The translations under genes and the position numbers were made by a program. 31,973 bases of DNA from Cladosporium halotolerans (lineage: Eukaryota): positions 124,001 to 155,973 of the forward strand of contig NW_027191495.1 of assembly GCF_011745625.1 (NCBI RefSeq), in the 5' to 3' direction. The notes under the pieces were generated by a model. It made no database searches, was not told where the DNA came from, and saw only the letters and a program-made list of their open reading frames with translations. Shown piece after piece: positions 1-10,579 of the stretch. The stretch's first letter is position 1. Each line of letters starts with the position of its first letter.

Positions 1-268
1 TGAATGCGAAAATGAAGATACATTAGTTTTGGGTCTTGATACGGTCCAAAAACACGTTCTACCAGTAACTTTCGCCCACAGGAGCGTTTCATCTGAATTT
101 GTACGTTTTGCTTCTTCCCAATGGTTACGTTACATAGGCTCAACTTATACAAAGACCTCCGCTCGCGGAAGCCAGAAAATTGAAATGCGGAAGTCCGTTT
201 TCATCTGGCAATACAGTCATATCGCTTCCTCTACGCCAGCAGATTGGCCGATCAAAATGCGTTCCTCT

Positions 269-1635
269 CTACAAGTACTTCTTCGGCGCGCTATCGCGGC
301 GCTTCTTGTACACGATGTACGCGCCGGCAAGCATGATTTGCACGGCGACGACGACGGCGATGAACATGCCCATCTTGGGCGCGGAGGAGGTGATGACTGC
401 GCAGAAATGTCAGCCTTGATTCCACGGTATCACCAGAAAACGTTCAAAAACTTACTGTCCCCCAGCCTGGCCGGCAAGCTCTCCGAAAGCGTCGACTGCA
501 GCTCGCTCAAATGCGCGCGGTAGTCCTTACTCTCCACATCCTTCAGCACGCGCTCAACCGTCCGCTCGATATTCTCGATCCGGCGATCCATACGGTCCAG
601 CTGCTCGCTGCGCGGCGGGCCCGCCGGCGCGCCGCCCTGCCCCGCCGAAGAACCACTCTGCGGCTGCGTAGCAAGTACCGACGACAACTCCGCGTGCCGC
701 TCGTCGATCTTCTTGCCCAGCGCGTCGAACAGCGCGTACATGTCGGCGACCTGGTGCGTGAGGCCCTGCAGGCGGTTGTGCAGGTCGGTGAACTGCTCGG
801 CCTGCGAGCGGAGCGTGTCCGCGTCGGTGTCCGGGAGGGCCTCCGGGGAGCCGGGGAGGACGCGCAGGCGGTCGGCGAGAGGGTTGTTGCGCTGCTGTTG
901 CTGGACGGGCGGGCCGGATTGGTAGGAGCTGCCGCTGGGGGCCAGAGCGGTGGCGAGGAACTTGTAGATCTCGAAGGAGTCTGGGTTCTCGGCAGTCGCG
1001 GCTGTGATGCCGAAGTAGTTGTTGGGCGGGAGGGCGATGCGGGCGGTGCTGAAGCACACGCGGCCGTCGATGGAGACCGTCAGGCCGTTTTGGGAGGTGA
1101 TGCGGAGCTTGCTGGGCTCGCCGAGGTTGCGATAGCTGTAGTCGCAGTGGCCGAAGGCGAGGGATTCGACGGCGGCGTGGGCCTTGAAGTTCTGGCTGCC
1201 GTCGTTGAGGAAGCCTCGAATGCTGCCGCCGCGGTTGCCGTACTGGTCGATCACGATCGCCAGGCCATCGAACTTCTCAACGGTGTAGATGCTGTTTTGC
1301 GCGATCTGGTCTTTGTTGCTCGCGAGCCAGAGCTGGAGGTTTCCGGACCCTTGGTCCTGGCCGTTGGTGCGGAATTCGAAGTCGACCGTCCAGTCGGAGG
1401 CGGTGATGGCGTTGTCTGCCCATAGGGCTCCCCTGGTGTTGGAGGGCACGGGAGGGGTCAGGATGATACGATCGCTGAGCAGCTGTGGCGAATGATTCTG
1501 GCTGCTGACACTCCATCCAGGGAGGCCTCGGCCGTTTGGTGATATCCGGTCGCCATGGCCAAACGATAGGTTATCTATGATCTGTGCGGATGCAGAGCTC
1601 GCGAGGAGCAGGGCGAGAGATGTAGGAGACCGCAT
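269..1635 (-). CDS. EMP47: L-type (legume-like) lectin ER-Golgi cargo receptor, Emp46/Emp47/ERGIC-53 family; exons 1635-456, 396-269
   Basis: ATG at 1635 gives signal peptide MRSPTSLALLLASSASA, then a lectin domain (ILTPP..RGALW, FDGLAIVIDQY..GSIRGFLNDG, FGHCDYSYRN, YFGITAA) and a coiled coil. Intron 455-397 (GTAAG...CTGAC...CAG) joins a TM helix (MFIAVVVAVQIMLAGAYIVY) and a C-terminal KKYL* dilysine retrieval motif. Confidence 0.9.
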
Positions 1636-2312
1636 GGTATACTTCCGTCCCGGTGTATCTGCTCGTGCGTATGTCCACAATATCCAATTGTTGTCCTTAT
1701 GCAGAAGTCTTGATCTTTAGGTAGACAGAAGCGGCGCTAGAATCGTCAAAGTCCAGATGAATTGGTCGTGAGTGTATCGTTCGTTCGTGACTAAGGGTTC
1801 CTTGTTAGATGGTCAATTCTCAATTGCGACAGCCTACACGTGGTTGCTTCCAACTTGCACATACAATGCTTTGTGTCGTCCAATGGTCTATTCCCTCCTA
1901 TTCCCAAAGCTTCCAAAGAGACCCCGCGTGACAGTGACGGCGACCCAGCCAACGACTACCACTGTAACAATCAATCTGGTTTCGCGGGCAATATCAATAA
2001 CAGAAGAGGAAACGCTCAGCGTGTGGACGTGGTTGAGCGAGCCAGAGTGAGCCACTGCGAATTGCTCCATACCTCACAGCCAACGGTCGGTGCTGGAGCG
2101 CGCGCTCGTCTCAAGCAAGCTGGCGTCGTCGGCGCTCGGAGGCTGGCTCCCGCTGGCTTCACCTCCGCGCGGGACCAGCCGCGGCGCAGCGCAGCTTGCA
2201 CCCATCATCGACCGACGAGCCTCGCCAGACCTGACCGCGGCGTCTGTCATCGCCATCCACCCACACCACCTCCCGCCGAACACCCCGAATCATTTGAGCA
2301 GGAGCAGTCAAG

Positions 2313-3432
2313 ATGGGCGACCCGAGACAGATGTGGGAGAACATGCAGAGGTCCCTGCAGAGGGCACAGCAGCAGGGCAAGAGGTACGCAAGAGGCAAAC
2401 AGTCGGAGCTTGATGGAGCTGGATATTGACGGATTGTCGCAGATTTGGCGGCGGCGCTGGAGGACCTGGAGGCAACCCGAGAGCCGCTCTCGGTGGTTTC
2501 GGTCTTATCTTTGCTGGTGTCGGTGCGGTCTGGCTGTTCAACAACGCCCTGTTTAACGGTAAGAAGCCGTGCTGTCGGCTGTCTATTGGGAACAAATACT
2601 GAGAAGGATCACAGTTGACGGTGGCCACCGCGCGATCAAGTACACCCGTCTGGGCGGTGTTGGCAAGGAGATCTACGCCGAAGGTACCCACATCAACATT
2701 CCCTGGTTCGAAACACCCATCGACTACGACGTCCGCGCGAAACCTCGCAATGTCGCCTCCTTGACCGGTACCAAGGATTTGCAGATGGTCAACATCACCT
2801 GCCGTGTGCTCTCCAGACCCCGCGTGGATGCGCTTCCTCAGATCTACCGCACACTCGGCACCGACTATGACGAGAGAGTGCTGCCTAGCATTGTGAATGA
2901 GGTGCTGAAGAGCGTGGTGGCGCAGTTCAACGCCAGCCAGCTGATTACACAGAGAGAAAATGTGTCAAGGCTCGTGAGGGATAACCTTGTGCGGAGAGCG
3001 GCTCGCTTCAATATCATGCTGGACGATGTTTCGCTGACTGTAAGTCGGAGCCATACTTTGATCACAGCCAATTGGGACAGCCGCTAATCTACTTTCACAC
3101 AGCACCTTGCTTTCTCCCCTGAGTTCACCGCCGCTGTCGAAGCCAAGCAGGTCGCTCAGCAAGAAGCCCAGCGTGCCGCATTCGTTGTCGACAAGGCCCG
3201 ACAAGAGAAGCAGGCCATGGTCGTCAGAGCACAGGGTGAGGCCCGCTCTGCTGAGCTTATTGGTGACGCCGTCAAGAAGAGCAGGTCATACATCGACCTC
3301 CGTGAATTCGACAACGCCAAGGCCATCGCCGCCGTCCTTGAGAAGGGCAACAACAAGGTGTACCTCGACACTGAGGGTCTTGGCCTGAACATCAGCCACA
3401 ATGCGCAGAGCAACAACAGGAAGGAGAAATAA
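2313..3432 (+). CDS. PHB2: Prohibitin-2 (SPFH/Band 7 mitochondrial inner-membrane scaffold); exons 2313-2383, 2443-2558, 2615-3039, 3103-3432
   Basis: Spliced product [15 protein letters not shown]...[23 protein letters not shown]...[22 protein letters not shown]...[14 protein letters not shown]...[25 protein letters not shown]. All three introns are GT-AG and keep the frame. Confidence 0.96.
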
Positions 3433-4086
3433 GCGGATCGTCTGATGGGTCATGGCAGGGCAAATTCTGTCTTTTGTAGGATGGTGTCTTGGGGCTGTCG
3501 AAGCATGGCGTGAGCGGGCGCAAAACAGTGTTTGTCTTTGTACTTGTAGGTCCTTCGACAGAGGGTAAATGGGAACGCTACTCCAGAACCGGTCTTCTCC
3601 AGACTGGTCTCTTTTGTCAAATACATCACGTCAAGATTTCAACTGATGTAGCATGCTCGCGTTCCTAACCTGACAGATCTACATTGCATCTACCATCGCT
3701 GAAGGTACTGTTTCTGCGAGAGCATATCACGTTTCAGGTCATCAAAATCAGTAGTCTCTCAACATCACTGGTGCGATGGCAGACATTTTGCCTCGGAAGG
3801 TAATATTGCGTGACCGAATCTGGTTCGTCCCTACCTAAAGCACAACGTTCATCTCGAAGGTTTAGCTAGCTTGGAGGTGATTTTGATCTGTATAATATAA
3901 TCGTTTCGAACGAAGACACTTGAGCCTTACAGTCGATGTCGACACAAGGACATGTTTCGTTCCAATTTTGCAAGTGCCATCCAAGATCGTTAATTACTTA
4001 CAGATCTACGGCAGAGGAAGCAACAGTGGAGCAGGGATCTGGACGAAGCCAGCCACGATCTGCGCGATTGCGCGTGGCGCGCGCTT

Positions 4087-4127
4087 CTGGCCCTGCGAGC
4101 ACTGGCCCTGCGAGCACTGGCCCTGCA
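4087..4127. repeat. 15-bp tandem repeat (CTGGCCCTGCGAGCA) x ~2.7
   Basis: ctggccctgcgagca ctggccctgcgagca ctggccctgca read directly, ~370 bp upstream of the histidine kinase ATG. Confidence 0.9.
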
Positions 4128-4493
4128 CGGATGCCGATGATGCTTGTGGGGAGTTTGGCTAAGCGGCCATGCAGGCTGGCCGCCTCTTACGAATCGCATC
4201 CCCGAGCAACCATAAGCCTATCGTGCCCATCGACGTCCCGTCCTTTTGGCGAGCTCCTCTCCTGCTGCATCCATCGGTGTTCTGGTCCAGACTCTCCACG
4301 GGCATCGCGCGCTGTCCTGGCTTCCCATCCCGCCATCACGAGAGGGCATCGCGCCGCCAAAACGCCATCTACGCAAGCAAACCGACCGAAGACCCTGGAT
4401 TATGGTACCCTGCGCACTCTCCTCATGAGAGGCCCTGAGCGCAGTCACACCACCTTCTTCCGGTGTAAATAAGGGTAGCCTTGAAAGACCGAG

Positions 4494-7400
4494 ATGGAAG
4501 TCATACAAGAGCACGAAGAGAAGCGCAGGAGCGAATCGATCCACAGCCACGCATCGTCCGCGCGCACAGGGACCGCCGTCGTGACCGGCGAGGAAGAGCT
4601 GGAGAATGGAAGCACGCTAGACCGCGTCTCGTCTCTGGATCGGAGGACCGCGAGGGGGAGCAAGACTTCAATCGACGGGACGAACAGTGTCGTCGGCCGG
4701 ATCCGAGTGAAGCATGGACGCACTGAAATGATCTGTATCTCTGGCGCGGCTGGGTGTGGAAAGAGCTCGCTGGTCCAGAGCGTGGCGAACACGGCGCGCA
4801 AGCACGGCTATTTCACGAGCGCGAAGTTCGACCAGGTTAAGAAGACGCCTTTCGAACCCTTAATCAAGGTATTGTCTTCGTTGTTTCGGCAGATTTTCAG
4901 TGAGGAGGACGTCAGCACGCCGTTTCACAACAACGTCAGACACCTTGTACAGCCCTTCTGGCCTGTGCTGCATACATACTTGGATCTTCCGGAGTGGCTG
5001 CTGGTAAGGGATTTGAATGGACAGACGCATTCCAATCGTGCGCAAGGCCCTAAAGCGCAGGTGGCAGGGTACTCTGGGAAAAACACATGCAATGCTGCGT
5101 CGACTCATGAATGGCTTCGCGCGGGAGGCAACAACAAGTCATCACGATTCGTGGCCGTATTCTTGGACGTGCTGAGGTTGCTATCGCTACAAAAGTTCAT
5201 CTGCTTCTGTCTGGACGACCTGCAGTTTGCCGATAATGAGTGTTTGGACCTAATCCACCATCTTGTCGCGGCCCGGATACCTATTGTGCTCATTGTCACT
5301 CATCGAGGAGATGAGTTTCTGACCCCAAAGACCAGACAATTATTGCAACATGCGACAAAGATCGAGCTCGGAAACTTCGAGGACGAAGACACAGCGCAGT
5401 ATGTTTCGGACACGTTGATGAGACCTCGAGAATATTGTATGCCGCTGGCCGCCGTGATACAGGAGAAGACTAATGGTTCTCCTTTCTTCGTCAAGGAGAT
5501 GCTTGATTCATGCTACCGCAAGAAATGTGTGTACTATTGCTGGCGGTGCTCGCACTGGGAGTTTGATATGAACAAGGTCTTCGATGAGTTTTCAAGTCCG
5601 GACGAGGCAAAGTTTTCCTCCAATGATTTTATCGCACGGCGGTTGCACGAGTTGCCTGTTGAAACCCAGAGCTTGCTAGCATGGGCTGCTACCATCGGCA
5701 ACCATTTCAGATTCAGTCTCTTGAAATATGTCATGAGCTGTGAATGCTCCAAGGCATCGCCGGCAGAGTTCCTGCCACCTCGCAGCAAAGATCCCGTCAA
5801 TGGCCTGCAATCGGCACTCAACAGCTTCCTCATCATGGGTACTGACGATGACGACAATTTCAAATTCACGCATGACCGATATCTCACATCTGCGCTGTCA
5901 TTGACAGACGGATACTCCAGGGAGGAGATGCACTACGTTTTGTCTTGCGCTTTGCTGAAGCATGAGCCTTACGATTTCCAGACTCAGCCAGACGTCATAC
6001 TTTACGAACAGGCTCGACACATCATTGAAGCCATCGATGTCATCAAGAAACGCCAGAAAGTGCGATTTGGCTATCGCGATCTGCTTTATCAAGCAGCAGA
6101 GGCAGCGCGCGAGGCTGGTTCCCGACGGATGTGTCTAAGATACTACAAGAGCTGCCTTGCCTTGCTGCAAGACGACCCCTGGAACAGTGAGGCCGAAGAC
6201 GTTTCGTACGGCGAAACTCTATCCTTGCACACGAAGACTGCCGAAGCTTACTGGTACATGTCTGACTTTGATGATTGCGGGAAGCTGCTCGAAGCTATCT
6301 TCAAACATGCGAAAAGCCCTTCTGACAAAGCTCCGGCGTCCATCATACATAGCCGGATGTGTGCGTCCCGCGGGAACAGCAAAGCCGCGCTATTGGCGCT
6401 CAAAGATTCACTGTCACTTCTCGGAATTGAAATGCCGGAGACCAGTTGGGAGAAATGCGACGATCAATTCCACCATCAGCTCCCCTTGCTCAAGATGAGC
6501 ACCTTCGATCCTGAGACATCTGCCAGCCAGCCTCTGAACACCGACGTGACGATCTTAGGAGCTGTCATGATGGAGATGATCTCTGCGTGCTACTGGCAGG
6601 ATCCCCTGTTATTCTACCAATCCACTCTGATGCTCATGCAACTCTACCTCGATCGTGGACCTTTTGCTCAGCTCGGGCTCGGTTTCGTGCATTTTGGGAC
6701 CGTCTGCATACATCGCTTCAATCTGATTAAGTGCGGTAGCGATTTCGGCAAGCTGGCAAACCATATGTTCAATGCTTACAGTCAAGAGTGTTACACAACC
6801 GGAAGAGGCTTCACGCTTCATCCGATGTTCATTGGGCACTTAGAGACCGATTTGAAGACCCAATTGACGGTGCTCAACAAAGGCCTTGACGCGTCAAACG
6901 CTGGCGGCGACAGGATACTTCATCTTCTCAACCTTGGCATTGCAGCTGCTTTTCGAGTATGGGCATCTGATGATCTCGGCGAGGTCGAGAGTTTTGTCGC
7001 TTCTGTCGCAGATGAGGCCCCTGACTGGCAGGAGAGTATTCGTGGAGGTGGGTTTCTGATGGCTACTCGACAATATTCGCGTGCCATGCAAGGCAAGACC
7101 CTGCACAAGATTCCAGCACTCATCATGTCTGATGAAAGTCATTCTTCCGACGGGTATTGCGAATGGATCTTGACCCGAGCTTCCAACCCGACCAATACGC
7201 TTACCGTGTACAAGAGCTACATGCTGGACTGCCTCTACCGCTTTGGGCACCATCGCGAAGCATTGGCACTGGCTGAAGAACTCGTCAAGCACATGGACAG
7301 TCTTTGGAGCGTTCGCTACAACTTCACCAATATGTTCTTCCTATCGCTGTCTCTCATCTCAGCCCTCCGTGATGATCCGACTTCCGAGGATCGCGGCGAG

Positions 7401-10181
7401 ATTCTTGCGCGGATCGCTGACTACCGCACGAAGATTGAGATCATATCAAGCCTAAACACCGTCAACTACTATACTTGGCTCCAGCTCATCGACGCCGAAG
7501 TCGCAGATGTCACAGGGAACTATGCTGATGCTCTGCCAAGCTACGAGAACGCGATCGACCACGCTGTCTTGCACGGCTTCGCACTTGACGAAGCTCTGGG
7601 TATGGAACTGTATGCTGATTTCCTCATTCGCAAAGGCGCAAAGCGTCCGGCACGTGGAATAATACTCGACTGCCTGACAGCTTATCGGCAAATCTCTGCC
7701 TTCGGTCTGGTCGAGCACGTCTCCGAAAAGTATCAGTTCTTGCTTTATGGCACACGGACTGGTGCGAGCAGAGACATGGGTGTGCAGACCGAACCCACTT
7801 TTGAAGCTGCTGGCGCTGATCGCGTGAGCGACAACGACACACATCGCAAGTCGCAGACCACTGCAGAGAGAACCAACGATTGGGTCGACCCAAGCGCCGC
7901 GCAGCACAAGGATATGAACAAGAAACTATCGAGCGCGAACGTCACTCCTGGTGGCGGATATTCTGCCCTTGGTCTGGACATGCTCGACCTGGCTAGCATT
8001 CTCGAGTCTTCTCAGCTTCTGTCTTCCGAGCTGGACGTTGATCGCCTTCTGAACAAGCTGACGGAGATCATCGTCGATTCTACCGGTGCGACTAGAGTTG
8101 GCCTTTGCGTGGAGCAAGAAGGAGGCGGGTGGTTCGTTGCGGCAACTGGTGCTCCGAAGGGGCTCACGCCTCCGCCGTCGGGCATCTTTTTGGAAGAAGT
8201 TGATGACCCAGTCGCGAAGCAGGTGACCATGTATTGCCTGCGTTTCCAGGACTCACTCTTCTTGCGCAATGTTCTGGATGATGACCGCTTTGCTAACCCT
8301 CCGGCTTCTTGGCTGCAAGAGAACCCTGGCGGGATCTCGACTATCACTATGCCGATTCTGCACGGTGATAACGTCCTACTTGGAAGTGCCCACTGCCAGG
8401 CTCCACCCAACTCTTTTACAGAGCGGACAGTGACTCTACTCCGCTTGCTGGTCAATCAGATCGCCATCTCCATTGCCAACGCACTGCTCTTCAAGCGCGT
8501 TGAGAAGGTCTCTGCAAGCAACTCTGCAATGTTGGATGTACAGAAGCAAGCTCTCGCACAAGCGCGAGACGCAGAGAAGAAGGCCAAGGCTGCCGAGGCG
8601 AAGGCCATGGATATGGTTCGCCTGAAAGAGGAAGCCGCCAAAGCGAAGTCAATGTTCTTGGCCAACGTTTCCCACGAGCTGCGAACACCTTTGAACGGTG
8701 TCATCGGCATGTCCGAGATGCTGAAAGCGACGCCCTTGAGCAAGGAACAGGAAGAGCATGCCGATTCGATTCGAGTCTGCGCCGACACACTGCTCAGCGT
8801 CATCAATGACATCTTGGATTTCTCCAAGCTTGAAGCTGGAAAGATGAACGTGTTCTCTATCCCGCTGTCCCTGACAGAGACCATTTCGGAGGTCGTAAGA
8901 GCACTCTCCTACACGAACATCGAGAAGGGCTTGAAGACGATCGAACAGCTTGACCTTGACTCGCAACTCATAGTTATGGGCGACCCCGTTCGATTGCATC
9001 AGATCTTGTTCAACTTGATGAGCAACTCATTCAAATTCACAAGCAGTGGTAGCATCACGGTCCGAGCGGTCGTTGAATCTGAAGATGCAGAGGGAATCCA
9101 GGCCCGCATCTCGGTCTCCGACACCGGTATTGGAATCTCGGAGGAGCAGCAAAAGAAGCTCTTCTTACCTTTCTCGCAAGCCGATTCTAGCACGGCCCGC
9201 TCCTACGGCGGTACCGGCTTGGGACTGTCCATCTGCAAAGCTATAATAGAGAATGTGATGCACGGTCGTATCTGGCTGGAGAGCACGCCAGGCGTTGGAA
9301 CGACCGTATCTTTCTCCCTTCCATTCAAGAAGGTCCATGCAACTGCCAATGGAGAGACGCCTTCCAAACGCACCACGAGCAAAAACGCCGATCCGATGGC
9401 GATCTTCACACCGCCAGCCGTGGAAGAGGGACCTGGAGCAAGGGCCCTGATTTCTCTCGCCGGCATTCCACGAGACAAGCTCAAGGTCTGCATTGCAGAG
9501 GACAACCCCATCAACCAGAAGATCGCCATCAACTTCGTCAAGAAACTCGGCTTCCACTGCCAAGCCTACGGCGACGGCCAGCAAGCGGTCGATGCCTTGG
9601 GCAAAGCAAGCAAAGCCGGCGACCCCTTCCACCTCGTGCTGATGGACGTCCAAATGCCCGTCCTCGACGGGTACAACGCCACGCGCGAAATCCGCAAGCA
9701 CCCGGACCCCCGTGTCAGCGACATCCTCGTCATTGCCATGACCGCCAGCGCCATCCGCGGCGACCGCGAGAAGTGTCTGGAGGCTGGCATGAACAACTAC
9801 CTCGCCAAGCCCGTGCGCGCCGACACCCTCAAGCAGATGCTCGAGGGCTACCTGAACCAGGAGGAGAGCGTCATCCCCAACCTGCAGGAGGAGGCCAACA
9901 CGCTCGTCAACAACGTCGTCACGCAACAGCAGCCTGGCGCTGAGAGCAGTGCGTCGGCGAGCGAGGGCGAGAATAAATCCCCGCTGCCTAAGACGCCGGA
10001 AAATCCAAAGAAGTCGAACGGCGAGCGCAAAGCTATTCAGCTGACGCCTGACGAAATGGCCAAGTTGCCTCCAAAGATGAACGCGGAGATGCGCGTCGCT
10101 ATGAGCAACATGCGCCGGCAGCTGCCCGACCGGCCGAAGGAGTATGATGAGCGCGGAGGGGACGAGGAGCCCGCCGTTTGA
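4494..10181 (+). CDS. Hybrid sensor histidine kinase/response regulator, group X-like (Chk1/Mak2/Mak3/PhkA type): AAA ATPase - helical region - GAF - HisKA - HATPase - REC; intronless, 1895 aa
   Basis: P-loop GAAGCGKS, Walker B-like CFCLDDLQFAD, GAF start (ILESSQLLSSELDVDRLL), H-box SHELRTPLNG, N-box ILFNLMSNSFKFT, G1 DTGIGI, F-box LFLPFSQAD, G2 GGTGLGL, receiver AEDN...LMDVQMP...MTASA...KP. Confidence 0.93.
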   Translation: MEVIQEHEEKRRSESIHSHASSARTGTAVVTGEEELENGSTLDRVSSLDRRTARGSKTSIDGTNSVVGRIRVKHGRTEMICISGAAGCGKSSLVQSVANTARKHGYFTSAKFDQVKKTPFEPLIKVLSSLFRQIFSEEDVSTPFHNNVRHLVQPFWPVLHTYLDLPEWLLVRDLNGQTHSNRAQGPKAQVAGYSGKNTCNAASTHEWLRAGGNNKSSRFVAVFLDVLRLLSLQKFICFCLDDLQFADNECLDLIHHLVAARIPIVLIVTHRGDEFLTPKTRQLLQHATKIELGNFEDEDTAQYVSDTLMRPREYCMPLAAVIQEKTNGSPFFVKEMLDSCYRKKCVYYCWRCSHWEFDMNKVFDEFSSPDEAKFSSNDFIARRLHELPVETQSLLAWAATIGNHFRFSLLKYVMSCECSKASPAEFLPPRSKDPVNGLQSALNSFLIMGTDDDDNFKFTHDRYLTSALSLTDGYSREEMHYVLSCALLKHEPYDFQTQPDVILYEQARHIIEAIDVIKKRQKVRFGYRDLLYQAAEAAREAGSRRMCLRYYKSCLALLQDDPWNSEAEDVSYGETLSLHTKTAEAYWYMSDFDDCGKLLEAIFKHAKSPSDKAPASIIHSRMCASRGNSKAALLALKDSLSLLGIEMPETSWEKCDDQFHHQLPLLKMSTFDPETSASQPLNTDVTILGAVMMEMISACYWQDPLLFYQSTLMLMQLYLDRGPFAQLGLGFVHFGTVCIHRFNLIKCGSDFGKLANHMFNAYSQECYTTGRGFTLHPMFIGHLETDLKTQLTVLNKGLDASNAGGDRILHLLNLGIAAAFRVWASDDLGEVESFVASVADEAPDWQESIRGGGFLMATRQYSRAMQGKTLHKIPALIMSDESHSSDGYCEWILTRASNPTNTLTVYKSYMLDCLYRFGHHREALALAEELVKHMDSLWSVRYNFTNMFFLSLSLISALRDDPTSEDRGEILARIADYRTKIEIISSLNTVNYYTWLQLIDAEVADVTGNYADALPSYENAIDHAVLHGFALDEALGMELYADFLIRKGAKRPARGIILDCLTAYRQISAFGLVEHVSEKYQFLLYGTRTGASRDMGVQTEPTFEAAGADRVSDNDTHRKSQTTAERTNDWVDPSAAQHKDMNKKLSSANVTPGGGYSALGLDMLDLASILESSQLLSSELDVDRLLNKLTEIIVDSTGATRVGLCVEQEGGGWFVAATGAPKGLTPPPSGIFLEEVDDPVAKQVTMYCLRFQDSLFLRNVLDDDRFANPPASWLQENPGGISTITMPILHGDNVLLGSAHCQAPPNSFTERTVTLLRLLVNQIAISIANALLFKRVEKVSASNSAMLDVQKQALAQARDAEKKAKAAEAKAMDMVRLKEEAAKAKSMFLANVSHELRTPLNGVIGMSEMLKATPLSKEQEEHADSIRVCADTLLSVINDILDFSKLEAGKMNVFSIPLSLTETISEVVRALSYTNIEKGLKTIEQLDLDSQLIVMGDPVRLHQILFNLMSNSFKFTSSGSITVRAVVESEDAEGIQARISVSDTGIGISEEQQKKLFLPFSQADSSTARSYGGTGLGLSICKAIIENVMHGRIWLESTPGVGTTVSFSLPFKKVHATANGETPSKRTTSKNADPMAIFTPPAVEEGPGARALISLAGIPRDKLKVCIAEDNPINQKIAINFVKKLGFHCQAYGDGQQAVDALGKASKAGDPFHLVLMDVQMPVLDGYNATREIRKHPDPRVSDILVIAMTASAIRGDREKCLEAGMNNYLAKPVRADTLKQMLEGYLNQEESVIPNLQEEANTLVNNVVTQQQPGAESSASASEGENKSPLPKTPENPKKSNGERKAIQLTPDEMAKLPPKMNAEMRVAMSNMRRQLPDRPKEYDERGGDEEPAV

Positions 10182-10579
10182 TGAGGACATCGAAGTCCCT
10201 TGTGATTAAGTCTTTGGCATTCTTTTTGATCGATTCAGCGTTGGCGTTTCTCTTGCTTGCTTGCTCAGTGTTGGGATCCGGCTTGCAAACTCGCCTCACC
10301 TGTGATACGTATGTTCTTGCTGACTGCTCCGAAGGAGTGGTGACTTTTGTCGATACCTTGATTTGGGATTGGGTTGGGTTGGTTCTATCTTTCTTCACGT
10401 TCTGTTCATAGAGCTGTGTTTATATCATTTTGTCACAAATGTGCAGATCTACACAATTTCAACACAGGAAAATGACCTAAGCGGAGCAGGTGGGCTGCCT
10501 ATGTTTCTGCACCCATCAAATCACACAGACGTCGCTTTGCTTCCCCATACCTCACCAAACGTACTTCACCCATCACCTC

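Noticed and set aside
511..1425. 304-aa plus-strand ORF and other ORFs overlapping EMP47
   Set aside because: Antisense or alternate-frame shadows of a GC3-rich gene, with no recognisable motifs.
1840..2556. 238-aa ORF upstream of and overlapping PHB2
   Set aside because: Non-ATG start, low-complexity Arg/Ala/Pro content, and it crosses the PHB2 promoter and first intron.
3936..4472. 178-aa ATG ORF in frame with the histidine kinase, considered as its missing N-terminus
   Set aside because: No kinase motifs, it contains the tandem repeat, three stops separate it from the kinase, and I found no plausible intron that removes them in frame.
9165..10190. 341-aa antisense ORF over the kinase 3' end
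   Set aside because: Explained by C/G-ending codons on the sense strand suppressing antisense stops.
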